From: a virus
Taxonomy: Duplodnaviria > Caudoviricetes
IMG/VR virus record: IMGVR_UViG_3300035181_001174
Location: 1 to 24,060 of that record
Length of the DNA: 24,060 nt
Direction: 5' to 3' (one strand)
Part shown: piece by piece, positions 1 to 8,828 of the stretch
Position numbering within the stretch: the first letter of the stretch is position 1
How the letters are laid out: each line of letters opens with the position of its first letter
Made by a program: the position numbers and the translations under genes
Notes under the pieces: generated by a model
Told to the model about the DNA's origin: nothing
The model's input: the letters and a program-made list of their open reading frames with translations, nothing else
The model's database searches: none

Positions 1-503
1 AGAACGTCGAGCGCCTGGCTGCCCGTGCCCGTGAGCGCGATGGTCTTCACCGTCGAGCTCACTGCGGGTGTCGACGCAGTGACGGCCGCCTGCGGGCCGA
101 ACAGAATCTCCTGCCCTGGCTGCAGCGTGATGGAGAACGTCGTACCCAGCAGGCCATAGGGGTTCGTCCCGCCCTGAGCAATGGTGATACTGTTCGCGTT
201 CGTGCTTGGGTTGCGGAACTTAGCCGCGACAACCTTCTTCCCGTTGAACGACTGCGTTGCGCCGCCGAACGATGGCAGGGCAGTCAGGTCGATCGTCGCT
301 GCCCCAGACGAAAGGGCCTGCTGAAAGTCGGCAACGGCATTGCAGGCCGGCGTAGTGGTCGGCCCATAGACGTCGTCGCGCCCGACGGTAACGCCGCCCG
401 AGAACAACGTGTGGTTCACGACCGAGGTCGGCGCGATGGCCGCCCCGCTCGGTACCTCGACCACGTCCAGTTTGCCACGGTAGGTAACGCTTTGAATAGC
501 CAT
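1..503 (-). CDS. Virion tail-region protein downstream of tape measure (3' end outside window)
   Basis: Not in ORF track. ATG at 503 with GGAGGGA SD just after the TMP stop; open to window edge: MAIQSVTYRGKLDVVEVPSG...ATIDLTALPSFGG...TIALTGTGSQALDV; Thr/Gly/Ser-rich. Confidence 0.75.
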   Translation of the reverse strand, partial: MAIQSVTYRGKLDVVEVPSGAAIAPTSVVNHTLFSGGVTVGRDDVYGPTTTPACNAVADFQQALSSGAATIDLTALPSFGGATQSFNGKKVVAAKFRNPSTNANSITIAQGGTNPYGLLGTTFSITLQPGQEILFGPQAAVTASTPAVSSTVKTIALTGTGSQALDV

Positions 504-513
504 TGTATCCCTC

Positions 514-2070
514 CTAGACCCCGGATAGGGTCGCCATTGCCCTGCTCAGGTTGATTTGAGCCTCGATGTCCGATGCCCCGCGGCGCGTTCGAACGCCGCC
601 CCCGATGACCTGCATGCGTAGCTGGTCCATGGCGTCTGCGGTGCGCTTCGTATTCTCCGCGGTCTGTTTGGCCGCGTCGTCCTCCGGTTTTGGCTGGTAG
701 TTCTCCCAGATGCCGTAGCCTGCCCCGAGCGCCGCGCCGATCGCTGCCCCCCATGGGCCACCGACCATGAACCCCATCGCCCCAGCCTCAAGAGCGCGCC
801 CGGCGATGTTCATCGCGGAATACCCTTTGCCCTGCTTATCAGACGCTAGGAGCTCTCCGCCCATACCTATGGCGAGTGGAAGGAACGCGCGCGCTATGCC
901 CATGAGAGCGACCCTTAGACCGCCCCCTGCGAGCAGGCCCTTCATCGCATTGAACCCGCCCTTGCCCAAAGCGCCCCAGCCGAGCGCGGCCCCTGCACTC
1001 GACGCGGCGGCCCCGCCGCCTGCTATTGCTGCTGCGGTCGATGTGCCGGCCAGCATTCGCAGTTGCATGTTCAGGCGCACCAGGCCGGCGTACGCCCCTT
1101 GCAGACTGGCGATCAACGATGGCCCTATCCTTATGATCCCAGCCAGAATGAACACGAAACCCGCCGTACCGCCGAGATACTCGTTGAGGTCATGCAGACG
1201 CTGCGCCGCCCAGGTCACCGCCCGCGCGATTGCGCCGAGCACAGGTATGAGCATCTGGCCCGTTGGGAGCATGATCTGCGCCAATGACTCGCCCAGGTTC
1301 TGGATCACCCCTAGGAAGCTCATCGTCGCCGGGTAGATTTTCTCCATGCCCTTGATCAGTAGCTCCATCGCTCTCGGGCCCTGCAGCGCCCCAAACGCCA
1401 TAGACGCCCGCGCAGTAGCATAAGGGCCGGTCCCGAAGTCGCCTAGCCCGGCGGCCTTCGCCACCCGAGCGATGTCGATCCCCTTCGCGGCGAGCGACAT
1501 GATCGTGTCCTGCCCTGCCGGACGGAACGACGAGCCGAGCGAGGCGAGCGTACGCGCCACGTCTCCGACGTCCGCCTCGCCCCAGCCCTGCGCCGAGCCG
1601 ACTGCCGCGAGCGTTCGTAGGGTCGCCACCGCCTTGTCGCCATCGTGAGTTACCGCGGCGAGGCCCCGCGCGTAGCCGATGAGCGCCTCGGTCCGGTACG
1701 GCGTCTCTGTGCCCATCTGCCTCAGTTCACGCATGATCTTGTGGGCCGCCTGCGCGGAGCCGAGGATGGACTTGAAGCCGATCTCGATCCGCTCGTACTG
1801 GGCCGCGAGGCGGACACCGGCGAACGACGCCGCCGCCGCGCCGAGCATGCCAATGCTGGACGCGAGCGTGTTGACGACGCCCATCGCCTGCACGGCAGGA
1901 AGTTTGATCGACGTGATCGACGCGCCCAGGTCCTTCGTTGACTGCTCCGCCGGGTCCGCCTGTTTCTTGAGGCGAGCGGACGCCTGCCCGACGTCATCAA
2001 GGGCCTTGGTCGTGCCCTCATCCTGTATCGCTACGTTGATGAGCAGTCGCCCTAGTTGCTCGTCGTTCAT
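514..2070 (-). CDS. Tape measure protein
   Basis: 518 aa Ala/Gly-rich helical protein; TMP-like segment ELRQMGTETPYRTEALIGYARGL; hydrophobic GGPWGAAIGAALG; follows tail chaperone. Confidence 0.88.
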   Translation of the reverse strand: MNDEQLGRLLINVAIQDEGTTKALDDVGQASARLKKQADPAEQSTKDLGASITSIKLPAVQAMGVVNTLASSIGMLGAAAASFAGVRLAAQYERIEIGFKSILGSAQAAHKIMRELRQMGTETPYRTEALIGYARGLAAVTHDGDKAVATLRTLAAVGSAQGWGEADVGDVARTLASLGSSFRPAGQDTIMSLAAKGIDIARVAKAAGLGDFGTGPYATARASMAFGALQGPRAMELLIKGMEKIYPATMSFLGVIQNLGESLAQIMLPTGQMLIPVLGAIARAVTWAAQRLHDLNEYLGGTAGFVFILAGIIRIGPSLIASLQGAYAGLVRLNMQLRMLAGTSTAAAIAGGGAAASSAGAALGWGALGKGGFNAMKGLLAGGGLRVALMGIARAFLPLAIGMGGELLASDKQGKGYSAMNIAGRALEAGAMGFMVGGPWGAAIGAALGAGYGIWENYQPKPEDDAAKQTAENTKRTADAMDQLRMQVIGGGVRTRRGASDIEAQINLSRAMATLSGV

Positions 2071-2074
2071 GTTC

Positions 2075-2224
2075 TCACTCGTCCGGTTGCTCGATCCGCG
2101 CCACGGCGGCGAGCGTGATCAGTTCCCGGGCCGGAATGCCCCGCAACTCGCACGGCAGGCGGTGCAGGTAACGTAGGCACAGTATCGTCCAAGCCCCGTC
2201 GGTACTGTGCCTCAGCTGTTTACC
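2075..2224 (-). CDS. -1 frameshift extension of tail assembly chaperone (gpGT-like C-terminus)
   Basis: -1 frame open from the GGTAAAC site to TGA at 2075-2077 just before the TMP ATG: KQLRHSTDGAWTILCLRYLHRLPCELRGIPARELITLAAVARIEQPDE. Confidence 0.75.
   Translation of the reverse strand, partial: GKQLRHSTDGAWTILCLRYLHRLPCELRGIPARELITLAAVARIEQPDE
2175..2224 (-). promoter_or_regulatory. Programmed -1 frameshift signal (slippery G GTA AAC plus downstream hairpin)
   Basis: Heptamer at 2224-2218, 5-nt spacer, then perfect 10-bp stem AGGCACAGTA/TACTGTGCCT (2212-2203 with 2184-2175). Confidence 0.7.
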
Positions 2225-2622
2225 CGTTCGTCCAGCACGGTCTCGTCACCCGCCAGGAATGGAAACGCCTCAGACCACGCCTGCCGGAGCCGCAGGTAGG
2301 CGCGGGGCTTAGCCAATGCGAGCCTCATGAACAGATCGCCCGCCGTCAACGGAGACGGATCCCCGGTGAACGTCAGCGCCAGCAGGGCGACCTCCATGCA
2401 TCCGCCCTTGGGCATTTGCGGGTAGGCGCGCCTCAGACGTTTGGCGTCCTCCTGCACTGCCGCGAGCCGCGGTACGTCGGGCTCCTGAAACGTGAACACT
2501 GCCGGCTGCCCGTCGAAGAACTCGCTCAGATCGACGGAACATGTCGCCAACGTATCCGGCTGCGTAGACTGCAGAAGCGCGCCCAGACCGGTAGTCGTAA
2601 TCATCGATGCGTCACTCATCAC
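2212..2622 (-). CDS. Tail assembly chaperone (gpG-like)
   Basis: 136 aa, between tail tube and TMP, ends at the frameshift signal; ATGA coupling with upstream gene. Confidence 0.75.
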   Translation of the reverse strand: MMSDASMITTTGLGALLQSTQPDTLATCSVDLSEFFDGQPAVFTFQEPDVPRLAAVQEDAKRLRRAYPQMPKGGCMEVALLALTFTGDPSPLTAGDLFMRLALAKPRAYLRLRQAWSEAFPFLAGDETVLDERVNS

Positions 2623-3050
2623 CAGTAGACCCCCGTGTACACCCAGCCCTCAATGCCCATCTTGACCTCGACCGTCTCGATCGTCTCGCCGTCCTCGATG
2701 GTTTCATTTGCGCGCAGGATCATTCCCACGTACGAGCGGTTCTGCACCATCGAGGAGACCTCCTTCACGTCCACCCGAATGGCCAGCCCGGCGCACGACG
2801 CAAACTGCGGCCCGCTATCACTGACCTGCAGTTTGAGCCTCACGGTCGCCGCGCTCCGCTTGTATCTCGACTTCTCCAGGCCGTCTCCCAGGCTCGTGAC
2901 GTCCCCGTCGATCGCCGATTCATCGAGCTCGATCGACTTCGCGAGCCATTTCTGCGATTGCGCCGCGTTGAAACTAATGGTCTGCCCATTGACGACCCCA
3001 CCGAGGCTCGTCTGTACCAGGCAGTCCTGCCCGATCAATCTGTACGCCAT
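2619..3050 (-). CDS. Major tail/tail tube protein
   Basis: 143 aa beta-rich, tube-like segment SIELDESAIDGDVTSLGD; GGAGG SD; synteny. Confidence 0.7.
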   Translation of the reverse strand: MAYRLIGQDCLVQTSLGGVVNGQTISFNAAQSQKWLAKSIELDESAIDGDVTSLGDGLEKSRYKRSAATVRLKLQVSDSGPQFASCAGLAIRVDVKEVSSMVQNRSYVGMILRANETIEDGETIETVEVKMGIEGWVYTGVYW

Positions 3051-3060
3051 GATGACCTCC

Positions 3061-3480
3061 TCACCCGACCGGGCGGTACCTGACCCGGTAGATCGCGCCT
3101 AACTCCGAATGTCGCGTTGTGCCCAGCATGACGTCCGCCTGCTCGAACACACTGTCTGTAGCTACGTTCAGCCTGTAGTCGGTTCCTACGACCACCTGCT
3201 TGTTGAGCAATGCATGCACGCGGTCCATGATGGGCTGCAGTGCCGCCGTGCCCCCTCCCTCGCCGATCACCGTCACCCTGTAGCGCATCTCGACCATTGC
3301 AAGCCCGTCGTCGATAGCGCGCACCGCCTTCGGCAGTCCCTCCGGCGCGTAGACGATGAGCGGAGCCGGAGCCTCGGGGACCGCCTTCATGCTCCAGACG
3401 CCCTGCACCATCGCCATGAGCGTGACGTCGCCCGTGAGCGTCGCATAGAGCCAGGCGTCCACCTCGGCAGTCGGGCTCAT
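3061..3480 (-). CDS. Tail completion/terminator protein (DUF3168/gp17-like)
   Basis: WLYATLTGDVTLMAMVQGVW...APAPLIVY pattern; synteny. Confidence 0.75.
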   Translation of the reverse strand: MSPTAEVDAWLYATLTGDVTLMAMVQGVWSMKAVPEAPAPLIVYAPEGLPKAVRAIDDGLAMVEMRYRVTVIGEGGGTAALQPIMDRVHALLNKQVVVGTDYRLNVATDSVFEQADVMLGTTRHSELGAIYRVRYRPVG

Positions 3481-3848
3481 TGCTCCAGGTGCCTCCGCAG
3501 AATGTCAATGATCGTCTGCTGGTTGTTCTCGACCGCCTTCCTCATCCACGCGTACTTCCCGTGAAACTTCGAGGCCAGCTCAAGCGGCGCGGCGTACGGC
3601 ATGTCGGCATGAAGGCAGATCGTGACGAGCTCCTCCGATACGTCGACGACGTCACCATGGATGGACGCCTCCAGCATTCCGGTCGGCGTGTAGCCCTCGC
3701 TGTACGGGTTGCCCCACCTATGGTTCGCCTTCGCGTAGGTCTCCAGGTAGGCGGCGATCTCCTGCGCGGCGTCCAGTTTCGCCTGCAAGAGGCGGCGCTT
3801 CTTGGCGTCGATGTTCGCGAGCAGTTCCTCCAGCCCCCGTACGCTCAT
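3477..3848 (-). CDS. HK97 gp10-like neck/tail component
   Basis: VRGLEELLANI...TGMLEASI...YAAPLEL...KYAWMRKAV pattern; synteny. Confidence 0.75.
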   Translation of the reverse strand: MSVRGLEELLANIDAKKRRLLQAKLDAAQEIAAYLETYAKANHRWGNPYSEGYTPTGMLEASIHGDVVDVSEELVTICLHADMPYAAPLELASKFHGKYAWMRKAVENNQQTIIDILRRHLEQ

Positions 3849-4186
3849 AGCACCCGCTCCACGCTCAGTTGCACGGTCGCCGCGTATTCGTTGCAGTCGA
3901 TCACCCGGTAGAGGTCGCCCGTCTCGTCGACCAGCCGGTAACGCTCGTAGTCGGCGTCGATACTTGGCGGCATTGTCTCGCGCTTGTAGAAGACCGCCAC
4001 CTTCGGTATCCGAGCGTGAATGTGAAGCCCGCTGTCGTAGAACCGGAGCGGTCTCGGGTTTGGATTGCGCAGGTAGCCGACCAGCCCGCTCTGCACGGTC
4101 GCCCAGTTGTCCATCGGGCCGCCCGTCACATCCTGCGTGACCGTGTTGAACATGAGATCGAACGTCGTTCGCCCGGGATCGCTCAC
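3845..4186 (-). CDS. Head closure/stopper-like protein
   Basis: 113 aa; GGPMDNWATV and RLVDETGDLYRV segments; position; ATGA overlaps on both sides. Confidence 0.6.
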   Translation of the reverse strand: MSDPGRTTFDLMFNTVTQDVTGGPMDNWATVQSGLVGYLRNPNPRPLRFYDSGLHIHARIPKVAVFYKRETMPPSIDADYERYRLVDETGDLYRVIDCNEYAATVQLSVERVL

Positions 4187-4878
4187 GCTACTGCCCTCAG
4201 TCTATGGAACCTGCTGCCAAACCCAGACTGCCTGTCAAACTCCTCGCGCCAGTTGGTGACCTGTGACTGCAGATACCCTCCGCTGCCGTAGTCGTTCGAG
4301 ACGTCACCCTCCGTCCACCGCGCTACGCCGTCCCGGATCGCGAGGCTCAGTTGGGGAGCCAGCCGGGCCGCCGCGCCGCAGAGGATCGCCCGCCAGGCCG
4401 CCTCCGGGACGAATGTCCAGAACCCCCATCGACCCGTGATCTGAATGCTGTTCGGGTACATGGGGCCTACGTTCCCGAACACGGCGAACGGGCTGATGAA
4501 CGTGATGTAGGTGAACGATTTCTGTTTGGCGGGCGCGTTCGCCGGACACAGGATGTAGTCGGTTCCAGATGTCAACGCCCTGCCTGGATCGGTCGGCGTC
4601 ACCCCGACCATGAACGTTTGAACGGTTAGGAGGCCCGCTCCGAGCTCCAATACCGGCTGGCCATTGGGTGCAGTCGTGATATCGGCGGGCGAATAGTAGC
4701 GCGCCGTCGTCGGATCGGTCGCAGGCGTGAAGAACGGCACATACCCGGTCCGCTCCTCCCACTCCTCGATGGCCGAGTAGACCGCGCCGTCGAGGTCCAG
4801 GTAGCCGTTCGGGATCGTGAGGCCCGCCCCCTCGATGAACCTGCTCAGATCGACTCCCGTCGGCATCGCCGTCTGCAT
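4183..4878 (-). CDS. Head-tail connector/adaptor
   Basis: AIEEWEERTGY...IQITGRWGFWTFVPEAAWRAIL pattern typical of gp6/gp15-like adaptors; position. Confidence 0.7.
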   Translation of the reverse strand: MQTAMPTGVDLSRFIEGAGLTIPNGYLDLDGAVYSAIEEWEERTGYVPFFTPATDPTTARYYSPADITTAPNGQPVLELGAGLLTVQTFMVGVTPTDPGRALTSGTDYILCPANAPAKQKSFTYITFISPFAVFGNVGPMYPNSIQITGRWGFWTFVPEAAWRAILCGAAARLAPQLSLAIRDGVARWTEGDVSNDYGSGGYLQSQVTNWREEFDRQSGFGSRFHRLRAVA

Positions 4879-4879
4879 G

Positions 4880-5092
4880 TCACTTGTCCTCTGCCGGGCT
4901 GCGTAGCGCCTTATTCTCGCCCGGCCAGATCGCCTTCGCCGCCACCTGCACCCGCGCGAACCGCTCCGGCACCGTCACCGTCCGAGCGTCGTCGAGCTGC
5001 AGGGTCGCCTCGTAGTCCTCATCGTCCTCGCCGCCCCATTTGATCTCGATCACTTTGCCGGTTACGCTCACAATGTCGCCAACGCGCGCCAT
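4880..5092 (-). CDS. Small hypothetical protein (head module)
   Basis: 70 aa filling the gap in operon direction; C-terminal ENKAL..PAEDK tail often seen in post-capsid small proteins. Confidence 0.65.
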   Translation of the reverse strand: MARVGDIVSVTGKVIEIKWGGEDDEDYEATLQLDDARTVTVPERFARVQVAAKAIWPGENKALRSPAEDK

Positions 5093-5113
5093 CCTACGCT
5101 CCCTGCCGGGTTG

Positions 5114-5153
5114 CGCCGGGGCCCCTGGACTTCAACGCGAAGAGGCCCCGGCG
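5114..5153 (-). other. GC-rich intergenic stem-loop
   Basis: CGCCGGGGCC/GGCCCCGGCG 10-bp stem; no U-tract. Confidence 0.55.
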
Positions 5154-5163
5154 TTCGTCGCCG

Positions 5164-5547
5164 TTACGGCTGCTTCTTGTGCTTCACAATGGCGAACACG
5201 TCCAGAACAACCCCGGTCGTCGCACCGGAGACGGTCACCACCGGGCGCAGGTAGCGGGCCGGGCCGATGTAGCTCACCTGCTGCACGACCGCAGTGGCCG
5301 AGCTGGTGATCGGCGTCAACGTGCCCACCTGGTTCGCGGTTGTGACGTTCGTCCATGTCGCGTTATCCGGGGAATCCTGCAGGCTCAGTGTGTGCGTACC
5401 GTCCGTCCACACACCCGGATTGAACACGATCATGTCCGCATCCGTGGCAGACAGGTCGAGTGCCGTGCCGTTCGTCGTGGTGGTGATGGCCTTCGGGCCG
5501 ATCAGGGGCACCGTCGGCAGTTCCTGGCTGATTGCTCGCAGACTCAT
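5164..5547 (-). CDS. Capsid decoration/cement protein
   Basis: 127 aa Thr-rich beta protein right after MCP: NGTALDL...LSLQDSPDNATWTNV...RYLRPVVTV. Confidence 0.7.
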   Translation of the reverse strand: MSLRAISQELPTVPLIGPKAITTTTNGTALDLSATDADMIVFNPGVWTDGTHTLSLQDSPDNATWTNVTTANQVGTLTPITSSATAVVQQVSYIGPARYLRPVVTVSGATTGVVLDVFAIVKHKKQP

Positions 5548-5599
5548 TGGTCTATCCCTCCCCCGCCTCTGCGGCGGGTCTGTCGTCTGAACTGGTTGG

Positions 5600-5636
5600 G
5601 AGGCGGGGCCGCGCGTCGTGCCTACGGCCCCGCCTC
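5600..5636 (-). other. Stem-loop after major capsid gene (mRNA stabiliser or weak terminator)
   Basis: GAGGCGGGGCCG/CGGCCCCGCCTC 12-bp stem; no U-tract. Confidence 0.6.
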
Positions 5637-5643
5637 AGTCATC

Positions 5644-6954
5644 CTACGAATGCATGATGAGCCGGGAGAACGCCTCACCGAGAACCGGAAGGCCATCCGT
5701 TTCCTTGCGGAAAACGTAGCCAATCTGGTTCGTGGCCGCGTAGAGCTCGTAGAGCACCTGCAGGGTCATGGTGAGCGCGTCGGCGATCCAGTATTTGCTG
5801 AAATCGCCAAGGATCGCGACGTACTGGCTCGCCGAGATCGTGCTCGGCATGAGCTCCGATTCGTAGATCGGGCGGCCCATGAGCGTGTCGGGGGTCCCGC
5901 CGATCAGCGCGGTGCCCTGCGCCACGAACGGGGTCCCGATGAGCCCCGGTTGCCAGATGTACTGGGAGTTGGCATCCTTGAGCTTGCGCACTGCCGCGAC
6001 AACCGGTCGGCTGATGATCCAGCTCGACCTTTGCCTATACTGGGCCTTCAGGTTGTAGAACGTGTTCATGACGTCGTCGCCAGCAATCGCAGTCGGGCTC
6101 GCGGCGGTGACGTCACGGGTCGTCGGAATGCCCTGCGCGGACGGCGTCATCACGCCGAGCGGCTGGTTCGCACCGCTTCCGTTCAGGAACGCGTTCTCCT
6201 CGGTCAGCGCGACCATGTACGCCAGACGATCGACCAATACCGTCTCGAAGTTCGGGACTTTGCGGATGAGCGTCCGGCTCAGCTTGAGCAGTTTGGCCAT
6301 CGGATGCGGCCGCCACTCGCGCTTGCCGACGCTCGCGGTCGTTTCCTCGTTGCCGGTGCCGAGTTCCACCGTCCAGTCAGTAGCCGACGGGTCGGTATCG
6401 AGGGCGGGAACGCCGAGGCTATCGGCTGTCGGCACCTCGTAGACGGTGGACAACTGCCGAACGAACATGAGGTTTTTCATGAGCAGCAGGAAATCCTGGA
6501 TCATCTCCTGCGGCAGAATCGCGAACCCGCCGCCCGTCGGGACGTCAGCCTGGTAGGCCTTTGCCTCCGGGCTGTTCAGCAGTTTCGCGTCCGCCTGCTG
6601 GGCCGCCGAGCCATCGTAGCCGGTGCCAAGCGCCTGCTGGCGGAACAATGCGAGTTTCAGCTCCTTCGCGACAGGCGACTGCTGGGCCTTCTCCTCGGGC
6701 CGCGTGCTCCCAATCACAGGCTGGGAGGTCTCGGGCACCTTCTGGCCCCACGCCTCCAGCTCATCCGCCTTGCGGAGGCGCTCGATCTGCTTGATGAGAC
6801 TGTCGCAGTCGGCCATCCGGCTGTCGAACTCGGCCTCCTCATCCGGCGTGAATGTCTCTGGCTTGCCGGCGTGCTTGGCCTGGAGCTCCTGCACACCCGC
6901 GAGGGCGCGATTGTAGCGCTCCGTCAATGCATCAATAGTTGCTTTGTTACTCAT
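5644..6954 (-). CDS. Major capsid protein, HK97 family
   Basis: N-terminal coiled-coil delta domain; GGFAILPQE, AFLNGSGANQPLG, RKLKDANSQYIWQP, TLMGRPI, GDFSKY motifs. Confidence 0.95.
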   Translation of the reverse strand: MSNKATIDALTERYNRALAGVQELQAKHAGKPETFTPDEEAEFDSRMADCDSLIKQIERLRKADELEAWGQKVPETSQPVIGSTRPEEKAQQSPVAKELKLALFRQQALGTGYDGSAAQQADAKLLNSPEAKAYQADVPTGGGFAILPQEMIQDFLLLMKNLMFVRQLSTVYEVPTADSLGVPALDTDPSATDWTVELGTGNEETTASVGKREWRPHPMAKLLKLSRTLIRKVPNFETVLVDRLAYMVALTEENAFLNGSGANQPLGVMTPSAQGIPTTRDVTAASPTAIAGDDVMNTFYNLKAQYRQRSSWIISRPVVAAVRKLKDANSQYIWQPGLIGTPFVAQGTALIGGTPDTLMGRPIYESELMPSTISASQYVAILGDFSKYWIADALTMTLQVLYELYAATNQIGYVFRKETDGLPVLGEAFSRLIMHS

Positions 6955-7747
6955 CTAGGTAGGCTCCTCGCGCGACCGCCAGCGCGATCCTGCCGCGCCG
7001 AACGAGGTCGCGAAGTCGTTGCTCACGCTTGAGGGCGAGAGCGGCTGCGTCAGTGTCGTCCGGGTCGTCCTCCTCGCCAGCATCTCGCTGCGGGTACCCG
7101 TGTAGTGCTATGGCGACCGCCTGTTTCCGGGAGAATCCTGCGTCCCGTAGGAACTCCTCGAACTCGCGGACCGTTTCAATGCTCTTGACCGCCGAGGCCA
7201 CCGCTTTCGGGTTGGCCGGGACGGGAACGATGCTAAACTCGTAGAACTCGGCGATCTTGGATATCCCCCTGCACTGGCCCTTGCACCGGGCGATCCCCGG
7301 GGCGTCGAACAGGTCCATCGGCGCGCCGGACTGCTCGGCATGGTCCAGCAATGCCTTGCCATTCTCGAAATAATGCACGCCGCTGTCGTAATCTGGCATG
7401 AACCCCACGGAGAGGCCCACGGAGAGGCCCCGCTGCATCCGCTCCGCGCAAACCTGCCGGGCCGCCTGCCCATCCGGCGTTCCGTGAAACTCGGCCTTGC
7501 AGAGGAGCTCGCCGCCGCGTTCCGCCGCCTCGACGGGCATGGCCACCGGCAGACTGCTCCAGTCGTGTCCGACCGCCACGAACCCGGAGGACCTGAAGTC
7601 CTTCAACGCGCCCTTCCAGCACCCCGGATAGAGCACGTCGCCTTGGCGGTCCATGTTGCCCATGACCGCTGCTGCGCCGGCGATCTGGTTGTCGCTGATT
7701 TCGACGTCCTTCAGAACGTAGAACTTACTCAGTGGCAGTGGTTGCAT
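6947..7747 (-). CDS. HK97-type prohead protease
   Basis: DRQGDVLYPG, GHDW (His), GLSVGF (Ser), EFSIVPVPANPKA; C-terminal REFEEFLRDAGFSRKQA; start placed at ATG 7747 with GAGGTG SD. Confidence 0.92.
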   Translation of the reverse strand: MQPLPLSKFYVLKDVEISDNQIAGAAAVMGNMDRQGDVLYPGCWKGALKDFRSSGFVAVGHDWSSLPVAMPVEAAERGGELLCKAEFHGTPDGQAARQVCAERMQRGLSVGLSVGFMPDYDSGVHYFENGKALLDHAEQSGAPMDLFDAPGIARCKGQCRGISKIAEFYEFSIVPVPANPKAVASAVKSIETVREFEEFLRDAGFSRKQAVAIALHGYPQRDAGEEDDPDDTDAAALALKREQRLRDLVRRGRIALAVARGAYLDE

Positions 7748-7781
7748 CCCGCACCTCTCATATCTGCCAGCACCCGGCGCA

Positions 7782-8828
7782 CTACTCATCTGCCGGTCGT
7801 GCATCCAACGCGGCGCTCGCCGGGCCGTCGCCCTGCCGCGCGTAGTAGTCTAGCTGCGTCGTCGGCACCTCGCCGACCTGTGGATCCATCCTAGGCGGGT
7901 ACAGATTCGGGGCCGCCTTCAGCACCTGGTACGTCGAGCAGATACAATTCGGGTGACTGATCGGAACGTCATCAGGTTGGTAGATCCCCGGCCCAAGCCC
8001 GCTGTCGTGCGCTGCGTAGACGTCACATATGTCAGGCTTCGGGTGACCCGAGGACAACGCCCAGCCGATCCCCAGCAGGTAGGGTTGCAGCCCGCCCGTC
8101 TGTCTGTCCACCGCGGCCACGTTCGTCGTCGCCCGGTGCGCCTGAATGAGCTCCGTTCGCGCGATCCGCATCGCCACCCACCACGGCGAGTCCTCACCCG
8201 CTCCCGTCAACGCGTCGTGCACCCGGTCCGCTGTCTGGGCTGCGCTCAACTGCTCCGCCACGCTTTGCAGGATTGAGTCTTCGACGGCCCTGTAGCCCAG
8301 GTCAGTCAGATTGTGCAGTCTCGTACTCAATGTGATCCCGTCCGAGTAGTACCGGGCAGCGAGGCCCTCGACCGTCTGTTGCGCGAGTCTCCCAAACCGT
8401 ACCGTCACGTGCGCTCCGTCGCTCAGCTTCCACGTCCGGTCCATCTCGGCAATCAGTTCCGGGTCGACGTCTCGCCTCCAGACCATCTCCGCTACCTGCT
8501 GCGCCCTGTCTGCCGCCGCCTGCGCCAGCTCCAGCATCCCAGCATCAAGCAGGTCGGCATAATCGCTCGACAGTATCTGCAACTGCTTATCAATCCCGGC
8601 GAGTAGCTCCTGTAGCCGCGCGTTGTTGATCATCTGCTCGTCTGTGAACAATCCCTCGCCCAGCACCTCTATCTGAAGAGCGATTTCGCGGGCCGCGGCG
8701 TCGTACGTACCCATGAGCCGGCGCAGGTTATCGCGCGTTAGGACGAGTTGCCTGCGCCGGGCCGCCACGAGCAACGCGCGGTACTCCTCCGGCGTCCAGT
8801 CGCGCGCGGCCCTACGCTCCGACCGCAT
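7782..8828 (-). CDS. Minor head protein (MuF/SPP1 gp7-like)
   Basis: RIARTELIQAH...HPKPDICD...PISHPNCIC motif; lies between portal and protease. Confidence 0.8.
   Translation of the reverse strand: MRSERRAARDWTPEEYRALLVAARRRQLVLTRDNLRRLMGTYDAAAREIALQIEVLGEGLFTDEQMINNARLQELLAGIDKQLQILSSDYADLLDAGMLELAQAAADRAQQVAEMVWRRDVDPELIAEMDRTWKLSDGAHVTVRFGRLAQQTVEGLAARYYSDGITLSTRLHNLTDLGYRAVEDSILQSVAEQLSAAQTADRVHDALTGAGEDSPWWVAMRIARTELIQAHRATTNVAAVDRQTGGLQPYLLGIGWALSSGHPKPDICDVYAAHDSGLGPGIYQPDDVPISHPNCICSTYQVLKAAPNLYPPRMDPQVGEVPTTQLDYYARQGDGPASAALDARPADE

Noticed and set aside
5179-7032. Long plus-strand ORFs (617 aa here; also 9631-10797 and 15356-16768)
   Set aside because: Antisense shadows of well-supported minus-strand genes in high-GC DNA; no recognisable motifs
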